Source of the DNA: Kudoa neothunni
Taxonomy: Eukaryota > Animalia > Cnidaria
Direction: 5' to 3'
Assembly (NCBI GenBank): GCA_964304625.1
Contig: OZ199840.1
Coordinates: forward strand, 10,487,220-10,551,219
DNA: 64,000 nt
This document shows positions 56,056-64,000 of the stretch, piece by piece. A model generated the notes under the pieces. It was not told where the DNA came from and searched no databases. It worked only from the letters and a program-made list of their open reading frames with translations. A program made the position numbers and the translations under genes. The stretch's first letter is position 1; each line of letters opens with the position of its first letter.

Positions 56056-57528
56056 TTATTCCTTTTTTCTACAGAGAAGATTAAAAACAAATTTCAACCA
56101 TAAAATTCGTTGAACCTACTTCTTAACAAGATGATTGATATCACTGACGTTGTTGCTGTCCCTTTTTTCAGGTTTCTAACCAAAAATCAACTAATCATCA
56201 ATATGTGCCACAAAAACTTACCAACTGTGAGGTGGCATTAATCGAAGAATCTTCCGCGGGAACATTCGACCAATTTTGAATAAATTCTCTTATATTATTT
56301 TTAACTGAATCTTTATCGATGTTCGATTCTTCACACATTTTAATCTTGAAACCAAATGATGATTTAAGATTGATTTTTTCCACTGATAATTACCTGTGCC
56401 TGTATGCCATCAATTATTTCTTGGATTTCTTTCAGTTGAAGATCTGTAAGCTCGTTAGTTTTACCAACACTTTCAAGCGCCTTGATAGCTTCATTATATT
56501 CTAAGACGGCTAGGTTTGATTCCATCAATAACAAATAACAAAATGCTCGATTGTAACATCTATCGAATCAAATCAATCAACTCAAATGTGTTCATCCATC
56601 GACAACCGGCGTTACATATCTGCATACAATCTTGGATCACAAATGTCATGGGCTTTGTATATTCGTTTACATTCGAAAGATTCTCTTAAAGATTCCTCAG
56701 GATTTTCTAAAGCACACAGCCGTTTAGTAATATCAACTCATAGTTATACCATTCTCTTTATATATCAAAGCGATAAGATTTCTTGTTTTTATCAAAAAAT
56801 GAATACATGATTTGTCTTCTGGACTAGAATTAAACTATTCAAGCAAACTCCTAGCAGGAACATTTCATCTTTACTTTTTCTCAAGAGTTAGTCTAGCTAC
56901 TTCAAGGATCTCCCAAGCTATTTCGATATCACTTGCATCATCGTTGACAAATTCTTCTCGTTGATCACTTTCCTCTCCATTAACGTCCTTAGAAGTGGAA
57001 ACGCCTTCTTCATTGTTGGTGGGTTCGATATTAGTTTTTATTACCACGGGATTACCAAGAATCGGGTCATCACCGTAGGAATGGTCAGATTCTTCATTGT
57101 CTTCGTCCTTATCACGGACAATTGCTTCGTTGTCTTTTTTCGCCGCATTCAACTTCTCGTCTCTACCAACAACAATACAAACAAGATAGACCACCATTAG
57201 ATGTGCAATACATATAGTTATCGATTAGGGCGGAAGCGTAGTCAACTGAAATTTTGCATTTTTCAAGATCACCTGGCTCACATTGTTCTTCCCTGCATTC
57301 CCCACATAAATTGGCATATTACATATTTTTATAACAAAATAGAAAACAACTACAACAACAAAAGTATGGTGGAATAAACATCACACGCTTGTTGGAAATT
57401 TTTTTCAAGTTGATGCTGTTTAGCTTGACTGTGCATAGTTGAGATCATTTTCATGAGTTGCTTTGTGCTAAACACAAATCATATTGGGTTAAGAATGTTG
57501 ACTGAAGTTGATACTATGCCTGCTCCAT
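56056..57528 (-). CDS. NASP: NASP/Hif1-family histone chaperone (interrupted TPR protein, multi-exon)
   Basis: TPR1 QAKQHQLEKNFQQACDVYS, acidic insertion, SHNi-TPR SDIEIAWEILEVAR, C-terminal VSDINHLVKKKKE*. Confidence 0.8.
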
Positions 57529-57907
57529 CTTGAGATAGATTGGCGCAAGCGTCATCGTGCCAAATTTCGTGCGTAGGCCGTTGATATTGGCAAGCAATTT
57601 TAATCTCTAATATTATTGCGCGGGCTCATTAATATATTTTTTGTTCACAAACTTCTATTATTATTACTATTATTATTCATTTGATGATGATATTTTAAAA
57701 AATTTACGTAGATTTTAACTAAATTTAATTATACAATATGAACCCAAGTTCACATAATCCCCTGGGGACCAAGAAAAAAGTGCGTCAAATTGGTCACGTC
57801 CAATTTCTCGTATCTGCGTACATACTTATTTTAGAAAAAATTGATTCTTAATAGACACCGGATATTGATGTGGAAGTTTTTAATCCCGTTAACTCCCATT
57901 TATAGTA

Positions 57908-59952
57908 CAGTCGAGATTGGATATTGCGTGGGTTTCTGGGACCAACAAAAACCCACGCAATAAAAAATTTTTACGCAATATCCAGACCTTTGCGTGCGCA
58001 TTGTACTATAAAATATGATTTTTTCGTGTTTACGTCCGATGCCAATTAGTGAAAATCAAATTTTTATATATAAATATATTATTTAATTAAATGAAATGTG
58101 ATTTATCAAATTTTGTCGAAAAAGCTTGTAATTTTAGTTTGTCGGAATCTTTCTCTTGATATTTTTAAAACTCGGTCCATTATGGGATGTAAATCAAACA
58201 ATCCCCTCGGATCCTCTTTAATAAAAGCTTCCCTCAGAACGTTCACTGCATTTTTCATTTGATTAATTGAAACTTTGATGTCTTCAATGATTGATTCGCT
58301 ATCGTCAGATTCGTCACTTATGGGCAATAAGTCCTCATTATTTTCTTCCTCGCATGTTGCTTCATAATCGTCATCAAACATATTTTCTGAATCTTCGATT
58401 TCATCTAGAAAAAATTAATTACGTATACGTTAAATATTACCTTGAGAACAGTTGCTGATTTGAGGTATCTCACTCACATCTTCTTGGTCTATAAACTGAT
58501 AATAACTTTATTGTCGTAATTTTATTTAATACCTCCAAATATTTTTGATTTTTTAAAGCAATTAATAATAATTTGCGGCGGAATACTGCCCCAACATTTA
58601 GTTAATGTTATCATTGAGTCAAGCAATGTATATTTTTTTATGATAGAATCTTCGCATAAAACCATTCGCTCGGTCATTGAACTTTTGTACCTGCTTTTAA
58701 GGCAGCGAATGATGCCTAAATCAAGGGGTTGTAAAATACTAGTTGTATTTTTAGGTAAGAACAAAAATTTGATATTTTCAAAGCAATCAATATTTTTTGG
58801 ATGGCCTGGACATTGGTCCAACAAAATTAAGACTTTTCTATTCTGATTTATCATCCTTCGGTTAAACTTTTTCATTATTTCGATAAATATACTAGAAGTC
58901 ATCCATGCACTTTTTTGTGCATAATATTCACAAGGGAGGTGTTTGACTCTTTTAAAACATCTAGGATTTTGAAATTTCCCGATAACAACTAATGGGAACT
59001 TATCCCCATTTAAAGCTGAGGACAGTAAAACAGTCACCCTTTTTTTGGATAATTTTTTCCCCTTAATCCCGACTTCCTCCTTTAAAACGTAACTACTATT
59101 TTGTAACTGCTCATAATAAAGAGCAGTTTCGTCGATGTTAATAACGTCTTTTGGATTATATGCTCTAATCAAATCAATGTTCTCAATAATCCATGAGTCG
59201 ACAGATGCAACATCTGCACTCGCAGCCTCGCCATGGAACTTTTTGAAAACTATCCCATATCTTGACTTGAACCCTGCAAGCCATCCCTTGCTGGCTTTAA
59301 AATTGGAAACTTTGTTTTCATTTGCAATATAAGAAGCTTTTTTGATAATGGCATCTCCTGACAGAACGTTACCATTCGACCGTTGTTTAACAAACCAATC
59401 ATACACTTCATCGTCTATATTTTTGAATCTGCCTGCCGAATGTCTCTTCCTTTTACTTTCAATATCTGTATTTTTGAATTTATCTTCGTGCGAAAGAATT
59501 CTATCAAGTGTTGAATGACCTTAAATGTGATTTTACAATACTATTCATTAGAAGACTACTATAGCACTCAATTTAAACTTGGAAATTGTCATTGATTTCG
59601 CACCCTTCAACGTTTTTATTGAATTGTAGTAATGGATGATTTCCATTTTCTCTGAAATATTGCGTTGTTCACGGGACATAATGAAAAAACACTATCTGAA
59701 TTAAACCAATTGACCACAAAAAACCACGCAATAACGAGTCACGCTGCGCCTAACAACCACGCAATAAAAAATTTCCACGCAATAACGAGACTTTTTGTAT
59801 TAATAAATTTTTTTAAATTTTTTGTTAACAAATATTTTTACATTACAATAAGATAATAACAATTTGAAAAAACTAAATTTCTCTCTTTAAAGGATAACTT
59901 TAAAAATCTCTAATTACGCAATATCCAGTCACGCAATATCCAATCTCGACTG
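57908..59952 (-). mobile_element. Full-length Tigger/pogo DNA transposon (2045 bp)
   Basis: Perfect 23-bp TIRs CAGTCGAGATTGGATATTGCGTG, TA on both flanks, multiple subterminal CACGCAATA repeats. Confidence 0.96.
58106..59679 (-). CDS. pogo/Tigger transposase, 4 exons (59679-59568, 59519-58533, 58488-58441, 58404-58106), 481 aa
   Basis: CENP-B-type HTH (VYDWF..FKASKGWLAGFKSRYGI), triad NIDETAL / LLDQCPGH / QPLDLGII (DD31D), acidic tail, PIP-box QTKITSFF; three GT-AG introns give one open frame. Confidence 0.9.
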
Positions 59953-60224
59953 TAGATCTATAAAGTTTATTTTTTAGAATCTGCTGTATTTAACTATTTT
60001 TCGCCCCTAAGAGCGGTTGCGAAGGACCAAACATAATTAAATGCAATCAAAACTATACCTACCTGGATATTATGATTCTTGTCAATAGCCACCTCCTTTT
60101 AATAATGTTTAAGTTGCTTTTAAGGACACCAGCTAGCTAAATATTAATTATTAAAGGATAAGTAAGACCCCAGAAACATACTCACAGCATAAAACTATTT
60201 TTCAAAAAATTAAGAAACACTCAC

Positions 60225-60510
60225 TTTGTTGCTGTAACTTGAATATGTCAGTTTCATCTACATTGGAAATAAAATTTTCAGAACATCCTTTAAAAGATGT
60301 TTTGATTTGATTGATTCACTCTGAAATAATTTCAAGCGTATTATAAGCAGTTATGCTAATAAAATTTGACTTTTTTTAAACATTGAAACCACCCTAGATT
60401 TTCATATGAAAACAAACCTTTTTCTTTAGCTCATTAATTTCTCTTCATGATTATTATGGCGGCGTTTACTCCAATCTTTTTGTTCCATACCCACTCAATC
60501 CATCCATACA
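60225..60510 (-). pseudogene. Degenerate second pogo/Tigger transposase fragment
   Basis: Frameshifted remnants MYGWIEWVWNK/KIGVNAAII, GWFQCLKK and FISNVDETDIF parallel the intact copy. Confidence 0.5.
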
Positions 60511-60789
60511 TTTTTATTAACTGAATGAAATTGTCCATTATGAAAATATTTTCTATTGTTAGATTCTAAAAAACACCTATAGGTTTTAATTATTTGATCT
60601 TTCATCTTTAGGATGTTGGTTAAAGTTGAGAAAGTAGATATTTTAAAATGTGATATAGTGGCAACTTTAACATTATTAAATGAGGGCTTTCATAATAATT
60701 AGTATTATTGGACTTTTCAGTAATAGATATAGTTTTAGGAATTTTTTGGACATTAATTGTTGATTTAATTAGGTAATAAAACAGAATTT

Positions 60790-61040
60790 GTTTGTTTACA
60801 AAGTCAAACCCCTCCCTAATGGGTTTTATTTCGTTCCTGTACCCCGGCGTTAATGAGCGCTCGAGTTCTACTCTTCTCCCAACTACAAGCATGACCACGA
60901 TAAATCGTAGATCCCTGCGATTAATACAGCCTTCCTACTGAATTTCGGATTAGGAGTACAAGAACGCCTGGAATAGACCTCGTACTAACAACCTCAAGGT
61001 ATGCGAGCCACACCTAACTCAACTATGCTATATTGTCCGG
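60790..61040 (-). repeat. Possible tRNA-derived SINE relic
   Basis: GC-richer island; the minus strand begins with an A-box-like TAGCATAGTTGAG and a weak B-box-like segment, and ends in AAACAAACAAA. Confidence 0.25.
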
Positions 61041-64000
61041 GATCAATAATAAATTAGTAGTAATAACAAAAAGTGCATGAAATTGGTAAATCCCCCTGCT
61101 TTTAATTACACTATTTTGCAACTTTTTAAAACAATTTTTGGAAAAGTTTGGATTGAAGTATTATTAGAAACATATAAACAAGAGCCAATCAACATTTTAA
61201 CTAAATAGGTTTTTTAAAAGTGCGTGAAATTGGTTATTTACTATGATGCCTCACTTATCCACGCTATGTCGTGGGACGCGCTTGCTAAGACTAGCATGTT
61301 AACTTGCCGAACATTTCTAGTAATGTTGCACCTATATCTCATTTTAAATTTCAACTGTCTTAGACGTTTGTTGTATTCTAATGAGATATGAGATTACGCA
61401 AAAATTATTAGTAAATAAAAATTTTTTTATTTCTCTAAAATTTACTGGTTTAACTTAATAAGGGAACCTAACTGATTATATTATCGGTCAGAAAAATATT
61501 AATTTTCTCAAATAATATTTTGATGTCCATTACATGGATAACTAGTTAATTTGATAAGGTAATACAAATGTTTAGCGCGAGATTGGTATTTTTTATTCAT
61601 GAACACTTCAATTCAAATCATAAGTAACATATTTTATGAGACAATTAAATTGTTCGCTTGCCATATTTTTAAAAGATATTAGCGAGTACTGCCCAGCGTT
61701 GCTTGGGGAAGATCTCGCATAGAATCGTTTCTTTATAACATTCACAAAATATTATGTTTCAAATTGATTTATAGAGTAGTCGAACTAAATTTTGTTAAGC
61801 ATCATAGTTTGTCGATTTTGACTTCGAGATTTAAATCATGTTCATTTCTGTGCAGGAGTGTATCAATCCTGGTTATTAATTAACAATTTCTTGTCCTGGC
61901 ATCAACGCTAATAATTTAAACTTCCTTAAAGTGCAATCTAATACGTTATTTTTTGGGCCGGGGGATTTTTAAAGTCGAATTCTGGAACGTCACGGAAAAT
62001 GTGTGAACCACTAACTTTTGGAGGGATAAAAAAATAGAAAAAGGAATAGAGATGAAGAAAACACAAGAAAATTAATTCTTATTTCTCAAATTAATATCCT
62101 TTGGCCCAGTATATACTTTAGTTCGCCTTTTTCAACAAACATTGAAGTATTTTGTTTCTTTCATAGTTATTAACTCAAAAGTTATTTACTATTACTATTC
62201 AACTTTTTTACCATTGATAAATAACAATTTTATATAAACTAACTTTAAAAATAAACCTTTTGCAAATTTCACAAAAATATCCCATTTCTCACTATAATAA
62301 AAATAGTTTAGGAACTTTTAAGTAGAGATATTAATGAAGTAAGATTTGTTTTATTAAATTTTTTATTGGAAATTAAGAATTTATTCAGTTTTTATTATTA
62401 AAATTAAGGAACCTAATTTTTAAAAATGATTATATTAATTTTTTACCTTTAAGTATGTGTAAAAAATTCTTAAACTATACTTTTATTGTTTTATAAGTTT
62501 TTTTATATGCCAAAATCTCCTAACAAAAGATTCGGCAAAATATACTAATTGTAAATATTTCAAGATGTAAACGCAATATGTTAATTAAGGTTATTATTTT
62601 TATCGGTACATGCATATTTCATTAAAACTAATAATTTTATAGAAATAACAATTTTTACGTTCATCGAATGTTGTACTAAAAACATACGTAAGAATTTCTC
62701 TAATAAAGTAATAAATTCATATAATCGATCTTAAGTAATTTATCTATTGAAATTAAATGCTGATCTAAAATATAATGTTGACTGAGTATTGAAAAATCTC
62801 ATCAGCTCCAAGAAAATTAAGAATATTTTTTGAGAGCGCGAGGTTGTCTTCTCGCTTTTAAACGATTCTTGCTAAAAACCTATAAAAATCTTTACAATTA
62901 AATTTGATATTGTAACATTTATGTTTATATCTTAAAAATATGAAATAGAGCCAATTTATGAATATTTATCAAAACAAATTAGAGATCAATTCTATGTTTG
63001 CCGAAAAAAGATGGAGATTACATGTGTATCCGACCGCGTTCAGATGAAAAATTCTCATAATTTTAAAGTTATTATTTTGAGCTGAATTTTTTCTCTCCAT
63101 ATTCCTTTATTTTTTCATCAAGAATCATGAAAAAGGAAATTCGGAAAAATATGCGCAAGGGGACGTCTTTTAGGTGCCGCATACTTTACCATTACCCGAT
63201 ATTTTATTGACAGGCCTAATGAATATTGCAAACTTAATATGTTGTTTGAATTATTCAATGATGGCACGTGTAAAGATTTATAAACATGTAAGAATAATGT
63301 TAAAGGGCCAATTTAAAGATATCTTAATACATTTTAATGTATTTTGATCCCAGAATTTCCATTGCTTTATATGATAAAACAATATTCGAACGAATGAATA
63401 GTTTAATTTGACTGAATTCTGCGATCAGAATACTGAGAAAATAAGGATAACATGTGCAAGAGATCATCCGTGATGACACAGGATGCATCCGCCTTACCTC
63501 GCCGTTCGCACGAATTCGCCTGAAACTTGTTAGCAAAAGCATAGGAAGACTTTGATGAGATTTTTCTCACTGAAAATGAGAGTAGCTATAACAAAATATG
63601 TTATGTAACCTATTTTAGCTATCGAATGTCAAGTTCTGATGGATTTGATGATAAGGGTGGGGATTCGAATGTGTTTTGTGAGAAGACTAATGTTTAGGAC
63701 CTAAATTATATCCAAAGGGTGATAGAAAAAAATTCACATTTTTTACATACGATACAAACTGGGTTAAAGTGGTTAAATGACTATTTTTACTTTTTCCCTG
63801 CCCGATGGGATTACATGAAAGTGTTTACCAACTGTATGAAACTAATTTGTTACCCGAGTTACGAATGAACTTATTTTATCAATATTTTTAGTAAAAAAAT
63901 TTATCTCACTAATTCGTTACAATAAAGTCTAAGTAGACAAAAACACAGGTTGCGCCAACTAATTCGAACTATTTTGTGCACAAGCAGCGTAAATCTGGGG

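Noticed and set aside
61678-61712. TAGCGAGTACTGCCCAGCGTTGCTTGGGG as a Helitron-like end
   Set aside because: Weak resemblance only; no matching other end identified
63324-63542. 72-aa ORF in a GC-richer patch
   Set aside because: No motif on either strand; possibly decayed repeat

Overview
AT-rich eukaryotic (metazoan) nuclear DNA with compact genes and mostly very short GT-AG introns (many 36-60 nt). The style suggests a reduced parasitic animal such as a myxozoan or orthonectid, but that is inference. Recognisable host genes are the SLU7 3' end, an integrin alpha, DPH6, SLC30A9, CPOX, RPL6, a Spinster transporter, hormone-sensitive lipase and NASP. There are four less ordinary coding loci: a divergent Bax-inhibitor/TMBIM-like membrane protein; a type-I membrane protein built of Cys-rich FN3-like repeats; a highly divergent forkhead-like gene whose recognition helix is rewritten; and an intact stand-alone Ty3/gypsy gag capsid ORF with no pol or LTRs (a candidate Arc-like domesticated capsid). 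DNA transposons are abundant: an apparently intact three-intron Tigger/pogo element with perfect 23-bp TIRs, a piggyBac relic and MITE, a hAT derivative, and a MULE-like element with a 9-bp TSD. A GC-rich decamer, TGCGTGCGCA, recurs upstream of several genes. All exon boundaries were assigned by eye; no searches were run.
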